Shown here: in pieces, positions 48,358-58,113 of the stretch
Position numbering within the stretch: position 1 is the stretch's first letter
Layout: the number at the start of each line of letters is the position of its first letter
Source: Chloroflexota bacterium
GTDB lineage: Bacteria > Chloroflexota > Limnocylindria > Limnocylindrales > CSP1-4
Direction: 5' to 3'
Assembly (NCBI GenBank): GCA_004297395.1
Contig: SCUO01000074.1
Span: forward strand, 13,082-77,081
Length of the DNA: 64,000 bases
Position numbers and translations under genes: made by a program
The notes under the pieces: generated by a model
Told to the model about the DNA's origin: nothing
Seen by the model: only the letters and a program-made list of their open reading frames with translations
Databases searched by the model: none

Positions 48358-50622
48358 ATGGTTGCCCCTCGAACGCGCGCCGACGTCGCCGCCGCCGACG
48401 CCCCACCGCCGACCGCGGTCCGGGCCCGGCGAGGCACGGGTCGTGCGCTGTCGAGAACGGCGACGACCCGCGACGCGACATCCCTCGACGTCCAGACCGC
48501 CCGGCTCCTCGCAGCGATCCGCATCCACTACCCGCAGGCCGACCTCTCGGGCGTGGAGCGGGCCGTGGCCATGGCGGCCGAGGCCCACGGCGACCAGCGC
48601 CGGGCCTCGGGCGAGCCGTACGTCACCCATCCCATCGCAGCCGCCGAGATCCTGGCCGAGCTGGGCATCGATCCCGTGGCCATCGAGGCGGCCGTGCTCC
48701 ACGACGTCCCCGAAGACACCGAGTTCGCCCTGGCCGACATCGAGGAACGCTTCGGTGGCGAGGTCGCTCGACTTGTCGACGGCGTGACCAAGCTCGGCAA
48801 GTTCAGCACCCTCAGCCACGAGCAGCAGCAGGCCGAGAACATCCGGAAGATGTTCCTGGCGATGGCCGAGGACATCCGGGTCGTCCTCATCAAGCTCGCC
48901 GACCGCCTCCACAACATGCGAACCCTGGCCGCCCTGCCGATGGAGAAGCAGCTCCGGATCGCCCGCCAGACGCTCGAGATCTACGCCCCGCTGGCCGAGC
49001 GCCTGGGGATCTGGCAGGTCAAGTGGGAGCTCGAGGACCTGGCCTTCAAGACCCTCGAGCCGGAGCGCTTCCGCGAGCTGGCGAAGCTCCTCGACACCCG
49101 CCGCCGTGGCCGCGAGACGTTCATCGAGCGGGCCATCGCCGAGCTCGAGCCAAGGCTCCGCGACTCGGGCGTCGTCGCCGACCTTCAGGGTCGACCGAAG
49201 CACATCTACAGCATCTGGAAGAAGATGCAGCGGAAGTCGGCCGAGTTCGGCGAGATCTACGACGTCTACGCCATCCGGATCCTGGTCGACGAGGTCAAGG
49301 ACTGCTACGCCGCCCTCGGTATCGTTCACGCCCTGTGGCGCCCGATCCCCAACCAGTTCGACGACTACATCGCCGTCCCCAAGAACAACCTCTACCAGTC
49401 GCTCCACACCGCGGTCATCGCCCTCGACGGCAAGCCCCTCGAGATCCAGATCCGGACCCATGCGATGCATGCCGTCTCGGAGGTCGGCATCGCCGCCCAC
49501 TGGCGCTACAAGGAAGGCACCAAGTCGGACCGCGACTACGACGCCAAGCTGGCCTGGCTGCGCCAGCTCATGGACTGGCAGCGCGAGGTCAGCGACGCGA
49601 CCGAGTTCGTCGAGGGCATCAAGCTCGACATCTTCCAGGACCAGGTCTTCGTCTTCACGCCCAAGGGCGAGATCAAGGACCTGCCCGCGAATTCGACGCC
49701 GCTCGACTTCGCCTACCGCATCCACACCGACGTCGGCCACCGGACGATCGGGGCCAAGGTCAACAACCGCCTCGTGCCCCTCGACTATCGCCTCAAGAAC
49801 GGTGACATCGTCGAGATCGTCACGACCAAGGCCGAGCACGGCCCGTCGCGCGACTGGCTGAACCTCGTCCGGACCAGCCACGCCCGCGAGAAGATCCGCC
49901 AATGGTTCAAGCGCCAGGAGCGCGACGAGAACATCGTCCATGGGCGCGAATCGCTTGACCGCGAGCTCCGCCGCCTGGCCCGGACCTCGATGGCCGCGCT
50001 CGGCCAGGACCGGATCATGGAGGTCGCCCGCCAGCTCAACCACGATTCGCTCGACGACTTCCTGGCCGCCGTCGGCTACGGGGCGATCTCGGCCCAGTCG
50101 GTGGTCATGCGCCTCGGCGTCGTCGACGATGCCCAGCTGGCGCTGCCCACCGTCGCGCCCCAGGTCCAGCCGGCCAGGGCCGGCGGGGTCCGGGTCAAGG
50201 GCGTGGGGGACCTTCTCGTCCGGTTCGCCCGATGTTGTCACCCGATCCCGGGCGACCCGATCCAGGGCTTCATCACCCGGGGCAAGGGCGTCACGGTCCA
50301 CCTCCGCTCGTGCCCCACGGTCATCAACGAGCGCGAGGTCAGCCGGCTCATCGAGGTCGAATGGGAAGCCGCACCGGCCCAGACCTACCCGATCGCGATC
50401 CGGGTGGAGGCCTACGATCGGACCGGCCTGCTCAGCGACATCACCCAGGTCGTGGCCGAAGCCAAGGTCAACATCCTCTCGGCCGCGGTCGCGGTGGGAC
50501 CGGACCACGTGGCCGTCGTGCGGGCAACACTCCAGGTTGCGAGCGTGTCCCAGCTCGCCCGCGTCCTCGGCCGGATCGAGCAGCTGAAGGACGTCATCAG
50601 CGTCTCGCGGGACCTCGGCTAG
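48358..50622 (+). CDS. rel: Bifunctional (p)ppGpp synthetase/hydrolase Rel
   Basis: R.SGEPY..HP, LHD..EDT, KLADRLHNMRTL, RPKHIYSI, YQSLHT, TGS, zinc finger and ACT domains. Confidence 0.95.
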   Translation: MVAPRTRADVAAADAPPPTAVRARRGTGRALSRTATTRDATSLDVQTARLLAAIRIHYPQADLSGVERAVAMAAEAHGDQRRASGEPYVTHPIAAAEILAELGIDPVAIEAAVLHDVPEDTEFALADIEERFGGEVARLVDGVTKLGKFSTLSHEQQQAENIRKMFLAMAEDIRVVLIKLADRLHNMRTLAALPMEKQLRIARQTLEIYAPLAERLGIWQVKWELEDLAFKTLEPERFRELAKLLDTRRRGRETFIERAIAELEPRLRDSGVVADLQGRPKHIYSIWKKMQRKSAEFGEIYDVYAIRILVDEVKDCYAALGIVHALWRPIPNQFDDYIAVPKNNLYQSLHTAVIALDGKPLEIQIRTHAMHAVSEVGIAAHWRYKEGTKSDRDYDAKLAWLRQLMDWQREVSDATEFVEGIKLDIFQDQVFVFTPKGEIKDLPANSTPLDFAYRIHTDVGHRTIGAKVNNRLVPLDYRLKNGDIVEIVTTKAEHGPSRDWLNLVRTSHAREKIRQWFKRQERDENIVHGRESLDRELRRLARTSMAALGQDRIMEVARQLNHDSLDDFLAAVGYGAISAQSVVMRLGVVDDAQLALPTVAPQVQPARAGGVRVKGVGDLLVRFARCCHPIPGDPIQGFITRGKGVTVHLRSCPTVINEREVSRLIEVEWEAAPAQTYPIAIRVEAYDRTGLLSDITQVVAEAKVNILSAAVAVGPDHVAVVRATLQVASVSQLARVLGRIEQLKDVISVSRDLG

Positions 50623-50647
50623 CCCCGTCGATGGGGATCCGGCGTCC

Positions 50648-52111
50648 GTGACCGCTCCGGCGGGCCCGAACCACGCCGCGGATGTCGCGGGGGAGCTGAC
50701 GTCGGTCGCAGATGCCGCGACCGGGCCACGCGCCCGGTTCAGACGACGTCTCGCGGGCGTCCTGGCGATCGCCGGCGTGGTCCAGACGATCCTGACCTTC
50801 GGGCTTGCCCGCTTCGGCGACCCGCGCTTCCGCCTGCCCGTCGACCTCGTGACGATCGGTGCGCTCGGGATCCTTCTCCTGTTCCCGATCATGGGCGCCC
50901 TGATCATCCAGCGCCGGCCGTTCACCCGGGTGCCGTGGCTCATGATCGCCGTCGGGCTCGGCATCGGGCTCGGGCTGTCGACGACGGCCTATGGCGTCAA
51001 CGGCCTGCCTCCGGCAGGGCCTCTGCCGTTTGCGGTCGAGGCCCTCGTCATATCGCAGGTCTTCTTCGTGCCGTCACTCGCCGGCGCGACCGTCCTCATC
51101 CTGCTGCTCTTTCCCACCGATCGGCTGGTCGGCCCTCGCTGGCGGTACGTCGCCTGGCTCGCGTTCGCGGCGTCGGCGATCGATGTGGTCGGTGCCCTCA
51201 GCCGGCCCGACCTCAACCCGGAGATGCTGCCCGGCGTTCCCAACCCGATCGCGCCCGCCGGTTCTGCCGGTCTGGTTGACATCCTGTTCGTCGCCGCGAA
51301 CCTGACCGCCAGCGCCACCCTCATCCTCGCGGCCGCCTCGCTCGTCGTCCGGTATCGCGGTGCCGGGAGCGTCGAGCGAGCCCAGATCCGGTGGCTGGCC
51401 CTGTTCGGGGTCCTGGCGGCTGTCGCCTTCAGCGTCACGATCGCGTCGACGGGTCCGCTCGGCGACACCGCGTTCGGCATCGGGATCCTGTGCATCGCCT
51501 GCATGCCGATCGGCATCGGCATCGCCATCACCCGCTACCGGCTCTACGACATCGATCGCCTGATCAACCGGGCGATCGTCTACGCCTTCCTCACCGCGAT
51601 CCTCGCGGGCATCTTCGCCGCGGCCGCCGGTCTCTCGCAGCGCCTGTTCGTGGCGTTCACGGGCGAGACGTCCGACGCCGCCATCGTGGCCACGACCCTG
51701 GTCGTCGCTGCGCTCTACACGCCCCTCCGGACGTGGCTCGACGCGGTCGTCGATCGGCGCTTCAAGTACGAGCGGGCGCGGTTCGGCTCGTATCGCGACG
51801 AGCTCCAGAAGGCGCTCTCGCTCGTCGACGCCACGGCCGCCGCCGAGCGTCTCGCGAAGGAGATAGCCCGCGAGACCACGATCGCCGACGTGGCGGTCCT
51901 CGACGAGGGTGGCGCCCCGAGCGCGACCTTGGGTCAGTGGCCGATCGCCGAGGCGCAGAGGATCGCCATCCCAGGCGGTCACGGCGCGCTCTCGGCCGTT
52001 GCCATCGGCGGCGGCGCGGACCGATCTCGCCGCACCGAGGCGTGGCAGACCGAGATCGAGGAGATCGCGAGCCTGGCCGCGCGCACCGTCCGGCGCCGCG
52101 ACGGCCGATAG
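50648..52111 (+). CDS. Multi-pass membrane protein resembling a sensor-kinase input region, no kinase domain
   Basis: About 10 TMs; LLFP..RL...RWR, ERAQIRW, AITRYRLYDID..INRA.VY; short soluble tail. Confidence 0.7.
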   Translation: MTAPAGPNHAADVAGELTSVADAATGPRARFRRRLAGVLAIAGVVQTILTFGLARFGDPRFRLPVDLVTIGALGILLLFPIMGALIIQRRPFTRVPWLMIAVGLGIGLGLSTTAYGVNGLPPAGPLPFAVEALVISQVFFVPSLAGATVLILLLFPTDRLVGPRWRYVAWLAFAASAIDVVGALSRPDLNPEMLPGVPNPIAPAGSAGLVDILFVAANLTASATLILAAASLVVRYRGAGSVERAQIRWLALFGVLAAVAFSVTIASTGPLGDTAFGIGILCIACMPIGIGIAITRYRLYDIDRLINRAIVYAFLTAILAGIFAAAAGLSQRLFVAFTGETSDAAIVATTLVVAALYTPLRTWLDAVVDRRFKYERARFGSYRDELQKALSLVDATAAAERLAKEIARETTIADVAVLDEGGAPSATLGQWPIAEAQRIAIPGGHGALSAVAIGGGADRSRRTEAWQTEIEEIASLAARTVRRRDGR

Positions 52112-52121
52112 ACTTCGGGGG

Positions 52122-53453
52122 ATGCGCACCTTCCGAGCGCCACGCGGCACGCGCGACCTCCTGCCCGGTGAAGCGGCCCGGTTCCTGCGTTTCGCCGAGA
52201 TCGCCCGCGGGCTGACCGACCGCTACGGCTACCGGCCGATCGAGACCCCGCTCTTCGAGCAGGCCGCGGTCTTCGAGCGGGGCATCGGCGAGGTCACAGA
52301 CGTCGTCGAAAAGGAGCTGTTCCGGATCGTGCCCCGGACCGAGGACGGCGAGTCCTGGGCCCTCCGGCCGGAGCCGACGGCCGGCATCGCCCGGGCCTAC
52401 GTCCAGCACGGCCTGCGAACGTGGCCCCAGCCCGTCCGGCTGACGACGACCGGCCCGATGTTCCGGTATGACCGACCCCAGGCCGGGCGCTACCGCCAGT
52501 TCTGGCAGTTCGACGTCGAAGCCATCGGCGACGCCGGCCCCGCGATCGATGCCGAGATCATCGAGCTCGGGCTGCGCTTCTATGCCGAGGTTGGCGTCAA
52601 GGGCGCCGAGGTCCTGTTGAACTCGATCGGGGACCCCGCCTGCCGTCCGGCGTACCTCGATGCCCTCGTCGCCTACTACCGCGACCACGCCGCATCGCTG
52701 CCTCCGACAGAGCGCGACCGTCTCGAGCGGAATCCGCTCCGGCTGCTCGATTCGAAGGATCCGGCGATGGCCGCGATCAACGCCGCCGCACCCCGGATCG
52801 TCGACCACCTGTGCCAGGCCTGCGCCGAGCACCTCGCCGGCCTGCGGGCCCATCTCGACGCCCTCGGCGTCGGGTACCGGCTCGAGCCCGGGCTCGTGCG
52901 GGGCCTGGACTACTACACCCGGACGGCCATCGAGTTCTACGTCGCCGGGCGTGAGGGCCAGCAGCAGGCGCTCGGCGGCGGCGGCCGCTACGACGGCCTC
53001 ATCGAGCTGCTCGGCGGGCAGCCCACGCCGGGGATCGGTTTCGGGCTGGGCCTCGATCGGGTGGCCCTGGTCCTCGACGAGCAGGCCGAGGGCGATCCGT
53101 CGGGTGCCGAGGCTGATGCCGCCGGCGGGCCGCCCGATGCACCCGACGCGGTCGTGGTTTCGGCGGATCCGGCCGACACCGTCGGCCGGCTCCGGACCGC
53201 GACGGAGCTCCGGGCCGCCGGCCTCCGGGCCCGGGCGGACCTGGGTCATCGCAAGCTCGGCCGCCAGCTCGAGTCGGCGGGCCGGGACGGCGCCCACTTC
53301 GCAGTCATCCTCGGCGACGAGCTGACCGACGGCCAGGTCCAGCTCCGCGATCTCAAGGCCGGGTCACAGCGGCTCGTCGGCGTGGCCGACCTGCCCCGCG
53401 AGCTGAAGCGCGGGACGAGCCAGCACCGCCACGGCACCCGCGATTCGAGCTAG
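52122..53453 (+). CDS. hisS: Histidine--tRNA ligase
   Basis: RGTRD, LRPE.TA, FRYDRPQAGRYRQF.QFD.E, VRGLDYY, GGGRYDGL. Confidence 0.96.
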   Translation: MRTFRAPRGTRDLLPGEAARFLRFAEIARGLTDRYGYRPIETPLFEQAAVFERGIGEVTDVVEKELFRIVPRTEDGESWALRPEPTAGIARAYVQHGLRTWPQPVRLTTTGPMFRYDRPQAGRYRQFWQFDVEAIGDAGPAIDAEIIELGLRFYAEVGVKGAEVLLNSIGDPACRPAYLDALVAYYRDHAASLPPTERDRLERNPLRLLDSKDPAMAAINAAAPRIVDHLCQACAEHLAGLRAHLDALGVGYRLEPGLVRGLDYYTRTAIEFYVAGREGQQQALGGGGRYDGLIELLGGQPTPGIGFGLGLDRVALVLDEQAEGDPSGAEADAAGGPPDAPDAVVVSADPADTVGRLRTATELRAAGLRARADLGHRKLGRQLESAGRDGAHFAVILGDELTDGQVQLRDLKAGSQRLVGVADLPRELKRGTSQHRHGTRDSS

Positions 53454-53708
53454 GTCGCGGCGGTCGTCCGGTCGGCTCGTGCCCGGGACGACGACCAGCG
53501 CGCCGGACCCGTCGCGCCGCACCGGTCGCCCCCCGCTCCGTTGCCTGATGCCGCTGGCTCATGAGAATCGCGACAGCCGAGCGTGGCCGGGCGCGATTCC
53601 GGTCGAGCCGGTCGGTCGGCGGAGCGTGATTGGGCGCCGATCGATGCACCGGGCGCATCAGCGGCTCGGGCCGCGCGGTCGATGACGGCTCCGAGGATCG
53701 CGGGCCAG
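53450..53708. repeat. Nested inverted-repeat element, copy 2 (more decayed)
   Basis: Core 53546-53660 aligns ungapped to 33767-33881 at 92/115; 3' arm also similar; begins at the CTAG of the hisS stop. Confidence 0.7.
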
Positions 53709-53717
53709 GTCCCGCGG

Positions 53718-54116
53718 TCAGCTCGGACCCGGAATGACCGCAAGGGCCTCGACTTCGACGCGGAAGGCCGGATTGACGAGACCCGCGACCTTGACGGCCG
53801 AGCTCGCCGGTGGGGCGTCGGCAGCGATGAACTCGTTCCGGACGCGCCGGAAGACATCGAGGTCGGCGAGGTCGGTCAGGAAGACCGTGATCTTGACGAC
53901 GTCCTCGAACGCGGCGCCGGATGCGGCGAGCGCGGTCCGGAGGTTCTCGAAGACCTGGCGGACCTGGGCCAAGGGGTCATCCGCGCCGACGAGCTGCCCG
54001 TCCGCGTCGAGCGGGACCTGGCCAGACACGACGACCAACCGCCCGCTGAACTCGACCGCGTGGCTGTAGCCGTTCGTCGGAGGCAGGCCGTCCGGCCGCA
54101 CGTGGTGGCGTCGCAT
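53718..54116 (-). CDS. RidA family protein
   Basis: YSHAV, VSGQVP, VVKITVFL.D, PPASSAV.V..L....F.VEVEA; AGGAGG RBS. Confidence 0.9.
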   Translation of the reverse strand: MRRHHVRPDGLPPTNGYSHAVEFSGRLVVVSGQVPLDADGQLVGADDPLAQVRQVFENLRTALAASGAAFEDVVKITVFLTDLADLDVFRRVRNEFIAADAPPASSAVKVAGLVNPAFRVEVEALAVIPGPS

Positions 54117-54301
54117 CGATTTCCTCCTGCCTGCTCGGGGTGAGAGGGTAGCCGCCAACCGCCGTTCCTAGAGCGCGGCACGACGCACCCCTCCGGGCCT
54201 ACGAGGCCAGGCGGGTTTGGCGCTCGATCCCTCCGGCCCGCGGCGGGCGGGCCGTACGCCAATACCGCCCTGGCTCGCGCGGCGGCTACGATACGCCGGC
54301 C

Positions 54302-56182
54302 ATGATCGAAACCCCCAGCTCCGCGGCCAGCCTCGCCACCCCGTACCGGACCCACACCTGCGGCGCCCTCCGCGCATCCGACGCCGGCTCGCCCGCTCGC
54401 CTGGCGGGCTGGGTCCATCGGCGTCGCGACTACGGCAAGCTGACCTTCATCGACCTCCGCGACCGCCACGGGATCACCCAGGTCGTCGTCGACGCCGGCG
54501 ATGCGCCAGAGGCCAGCGAGGTCGCGGCCCGGATGCGGCCGGAGTTCGTCGTCGCGTTCGAGGGCGAGGTGGCGCTGCGCCAGCCCGGGACCGAGAACGC
54601 CAAGCTCGAGACCGGCGCGGTGGAGCTCCAGGTCCGGACGGCCACGATCCTCAACGAGGCGAAGACGCCGCCGTTCTACATCAACGATCCGGACGCCCAG
54701 ATTGACGAGACGCTGCGCCTCAAGTACCGCTACCTCGATCTCCGGCGCGAGGCGATGCAGCGCCGGCTCCTGCTCCGCAGCCGCCTGGTCCATGCGATCC
54801 GCGAGGTTCACCACGGGTCGGGCTTCGTCGAGGTGGAGACGCCCAACCTCATCAAGAGCACGCCCGAGGGCGCCCGCGACTTCATCGTCCCGTCGCGACT
54901 CCAGCCGGGCGAGGTCTACGCCCTGCCCCAGAGCCCCCAGCAGCTCAAGCAGCTGCTCATGGTCGCGGGGGTGGATCGCTACTTCCAGATCGCCCGCTGC
55001 TTCCGCGACGAGGACCTCCGGGGCGACCGCCAGCCGGAGTTCACCCAGCTGGACCTCGAGATGAGCTTCGTCGACGAGGCGACAGTCATGGACTTCGTGG
55101 AGCGGATGGCGATCGAGGTCAGCCGGGCCGTGGTGCCCGAGCGTGCTCTGCTCGCCACGCCGTTCCCGCGCTTCACCTACGCCGAGGCGATGGAGCGGTT
55201 CGGCTCGGACAAGCCCGACGTCCGATTCGCGATGGAGCTGGTGGACCTCGAGCCCGAGCTTCGGGGCACGGACGGCGCGGCGGCCTCCGGCTTCCGTGTC
55301 TTCGATGAGGCCCTTGCCGGTGGCGGTCGGGTCAAGGCCATCACCGTCCCTGGCCTGGCCGACGCCCCGCGCAGCCGGATCGACGAGCTGACCGAGGCTG
55401 CCAAGCGGTTCGGCGCCCGTGGCCTCGCGCACCTCTCGGTCGAGGCGAGTGGATCGATCAAGGGCCCGATCGTGAAGTTCCTCGGCGACGACCTCGCCGA
55501 GCGCCTCGCGGCCAGGGCCGGCGCCGCCCCCGGTGATCTCGTCCTCATCGTTGCGGACACGACCGCCGTCACGAACGACGTCCTCGGCCGGCTCCGAGCG
55601 GAGCTCGGGACGCAGCTCGGGCTGGCCGACCCGGACGTCCTCGCCTACGCCTGGGTCCATCGCTTTCCGATGTACCAGTGGGACGTGGAGAACGGCCGCT
55701 GGGACGCGACCCACAACCCGTTCTCGGGCGTCGTGCCCGAGGACGAGGTCCTCCTGACGACCGCGTCGGGCGATCCGGCCCTGCCGACGCCGGACGATCC
55801 TGCCGGTCGAGCGCGGGCGATGCAGTACGACATCGTCCTGAACGGCTGGGAGCTCGGTGGCGGGTCGGTCCGGATCTGGCGCCACGACCTGCTCGAGCGC
55901 AGCTTCGCCCTCCAGGGCTACACCCGGGAGCGGATGCAGAACATGTTCGGGGCGATGCTCGAGGCCTTCGAATACGGCGCCCCGCCCCACGGCGGGATCG
56001 CCCTCGGGATCGACCGCTGGGCGGCCCTGCTCTCGTACCAGGTGAACATCCGGGAGGTCATGGCCTTCCCGAAGACCCAGTCCGGAAGCGACCTCATGCT
56101 CGACGCCCCGTCCGAGCCCGACGCGGCCCAGTACGCCGAGCTCGGCCTCCGATTCGTCGGCGTCCCGACGCGGCCCAGCTGA
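54302..56182 (+). CDS. aspS: Aspartate--tRNA ligase
   Basis: RTHTCG.L, RLKYRYLDLRR, STPEGARDF, ALPQSPQ, CFRDEDLR.DRQPEFTQ.D.E, PPHGG.A.G.DR. Confidence 0.96.
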   Translation: MIETPSSAASLATPYRTHTCGALRASDAGSPARLAGWVHRRRDYGKLTFIDLRDRHGITQVVVDAGDAPEASEVAARMRPEFVVAFEGEVALRQPGTENAKLETGAVELQVRTATILNEAKTPPFYINDPDAQIDETLRLKYRYLDLRREAMQRRLLLRSRLVHAIREVHHGSGFVEVETPNLIKSTPEGARDFIVPSRLQPGEVYALPQSPQQLKQLLMVAGVDRYFQIARCFRDEDLRGDRQPEFTQLDLEMSFVDEATVMDFVERMAIEVSRAVVPERALLATPFPRFTYAEAMERFGSDKPDVRFAMELVDLEPELRGTDGAAASGFRVFDEALAGGGRVKAITVPGLADAPRSRIDELTEAAKRFGARGLAHLSVEASGSIKGPIVKFLGDDLAERLAARAGAAPGDLVLIVADTTAVTNDVLGRLRAELGTQLGLADPDVLAYAWVHRFPMYQWDVENGRWDATHNPFSGVVPEDEVLLTTASGDPALPTPDDPAGRARAMQYDIVLNGWELGGGSVRIWRHDLLERSFALQGYTRERMQNMFGAMLEAFEYGAPPHGGIALGIDRWAALLSYQVNIREVMAFPKTQSGSDLMLDAPSEPDAAQYAELGLRFVGVPTRPS

Positions 56183-56236
56183 TGGGAACGGCGTCGGCCC
56201 GAGCCGGCTGACCGCACCCGCCCAGCTACCGGCGCC

Positions 56237-57157
56237 GTGTCCGGCCTGTACGACGCGATCGCGGCGAGGCCGCGGATCGCGGCCCTGCTCGGGGCCCTGT
56301 GCATCGCCTTCTCCGGGATCTTCTACCGCTACGCCGACGTCACGCCCTCGACCGTCACCGTCTTCCGCTGCCTGTATGGCCTGCCCGTCCTGATCCTCGT
56401 GGCCTGGATCGAGCATCGGCGCTACGGGCCGCTGCCGGCCCGGGCGATCCGCCTGGCGATCGTCGCGGGCGTCTTCTTCGCCGGCGACCTCCTGACCTGG
56501 CACCACGCGGTCGACGCGGTGGGCGCCGGGCTGGCGACGGTTCTCGGCAACCTCCAGGTGCTCGTCGTGGGGTTCGTGGCCTGGCTGGTCCTTGGCGAGC
56601 GACCGCCGCGCCCGGTCATCGCGGCCACGCCGGTCGTCCTCGCCGGGGCGGTCCTCATCTCGGGGGTCGTGGGGACCGGGGCGTACGGCGAGAACCCACC
56701 GCTCGGCGTGGGCCTGGGCCTCCTGACTGCGCTGTGCTACGCCGGCTACCTGCTGGTGATCCGGCGGGGCACCCACGACATCCGCCGGCCGGCCGGACCG
56801 GTCGCCGTGTCCACGGCCTCGACCATGGTGGTCGCGATCATCGCCGGGGTCGTGCTGGGTGATCTCGACCCGGTGCCGGCCTGGCCGAGCCACGGTTGGC
56901 TGGCCGTCCTGGGGCTGACCTCCCAGTCGATCGGCTATCTCCTCATCTCGATTTCGCTGCCGCGCCTGCCGGCCTCGGTCGTCTCGATCATCCTGCTGAT
57001 CCAGCCGGTCGCGACGGTCATCCTCGCCCGCGGCCTGCTGGCCGAGGTGCCGTCGGCCGTCCAGCTGGGTGGCGTGGCCCTGATCATCGGCGGGATCGCC
57101 GTGGCCACGATCCCGGTTGGCCAGCTCCGCGACCGGGCCAGGGCGGCGCTGGGATGA
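56237..57157 (+). CDS. DMT/EamA family transporter
   Basis: Ten TMs in two EamA repeats. Confidence 0.85.
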   Translation: MSGLYDAIAARPRIAALLGALCIAFSGIFYRYADVTPSTVTVFRCLYGLPVLILVAWIEHRRYGPLPARAIRLAIVAGVFFAGDLLTWHHAVDAVGAGLATVLGNLQVLVVGFVAWLVLGERPPRPVIAATPVVLAGAVLISGVVGTGAYGENPPLGVGLGLLTALCYAGYLLVIRRGTHDIRRPAGPVAVSTASTMVVAIIAGVVLGDLDPVPAWPSHGWLAVLGLTSQSIGYLLISISLPRLPASVVSIILLIQPVATVILARGLLAEVPSAVQLGGVALIIGGIAVATIPVGQLRDRARAALG

Positions 57158-58101
57158 GCGAGCCGGAGATCCTGGGCCCGCGACCGGGCACCCTCGAGGC
57201 CCGCACCTCGCTCGCACTCAAGATCATGGCGGCCGTTCACGGCTTCGCGGTCATCCTCGCGATGATTCCATCGCCGGACCCGACATCCTGGCTCCAGGCC
57301 GTGACGTTCGGCACCGTCACCGGGTTCGTGGTCGTCGTCTTCGTGGTCGAAGCGGTGGCCCTCGATCGGCGCCGGCCGTGGGCCTATGCCGCGGCCCGGC
57401 CGCTGCTCGTCGTGGTCGGCCTGGTCGGCGTCGGGTCGCTCCTCGTCGCCTCGGCCGAGGGCCGGATCCGGGTGCCGTTCGACCTCGGCCTCGCGGCCTG
57501 GGCCTGGCTCGGGGTGGCCGACATCCGGCAGTCGCCGCGCCGCGATCGTCGCAGCGTCGCGACCGTCGTCGTCGCCGCGGTCCTGCTGGCCGTCCCGCTG
57601 ACCGGCTCGTCCGTGTTCGGCTGGGGCGGTCTCCTCGATGTCCAGCAGGACGACCTCCGGGCGACGCTCGAGGTCGATTGCGGCGCGCCCGGCGTCGGGA
57701 CGCCGCCATCGATCGGCGTGGCCTACGACTGGGCGTGGCAGCGCGGCAGCCCGTTCCCGAGCGGCAGTGACGTCGTGGTCATCGGCTGGGCCGGCGACGA
57801 CGGCCTGGGCCGGCCGCTGTACCTCCTGGGTGACGACCCGCCGTCCGGGGCCGGCATCATGTCCGGCCGCCAGGTCGACCCGAGCGCCACGATGGCCCGT
57901 GCGGTCGAGGCGGAATCGGAAGTCTCATGGCACTGGGGGATCGAGCTCGCGGAACAGGCCTTCGCGCCCGGCGCGATCCGGGCCGAGCTGGTCCGGACGC
58001 GGGCGGACCAGCCGCAGCCCGAGCCGCTGACGATCACCGCGACCTACATCCACCTGGGGATATGGCGGCAGGACACCGCCGCGGTCACGTGCTCGTGGTA
58101 G
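57154..58101 (+). CDS. Hypothetical membrane protein (4-5 TMs + extracytoplasmic domain)
   Basis: ATGA overlap; hydrophobic N-half; soluble beta-rich C-half bounded by two Cys. Confidence 0.65.
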   Translation: MSEPEILGPRPGTLEARTSLALKIMAAVHGFAVILAMIPSPDPTSWLQAVTFGTVTGFVVVVFVVEAVALDRRRPWAYAAARPLLVVVGLVGVGSLLVASAEGRIRVPFDLGLAAWAWLGVADIRQSPRRDRRSVATVVVAAVLLAVPLTGSSVFGWGGLLDVQQDDLRATLEVDCGAPGVGTPPSIGVAYDWAWQRGSPFPSGSDVVVIGWAGDDGLGRPLYLLGDDPPSGAGIMSGRQVDPSATMARAVEAESEVSWHWGIELAEQAFAPGAIRAELVRTRADQPQPEPLTITATYIHLGIWRQDTAAVTCSW

Positions 58102-58113
58102 GTCGTCGCCGCG

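Noticed and set aside
54117-54301. T-box leader for aspS (or hisS)
   Set aside because: No T-box consensus seen; -10 elements lie 7-9 nt from the start codons
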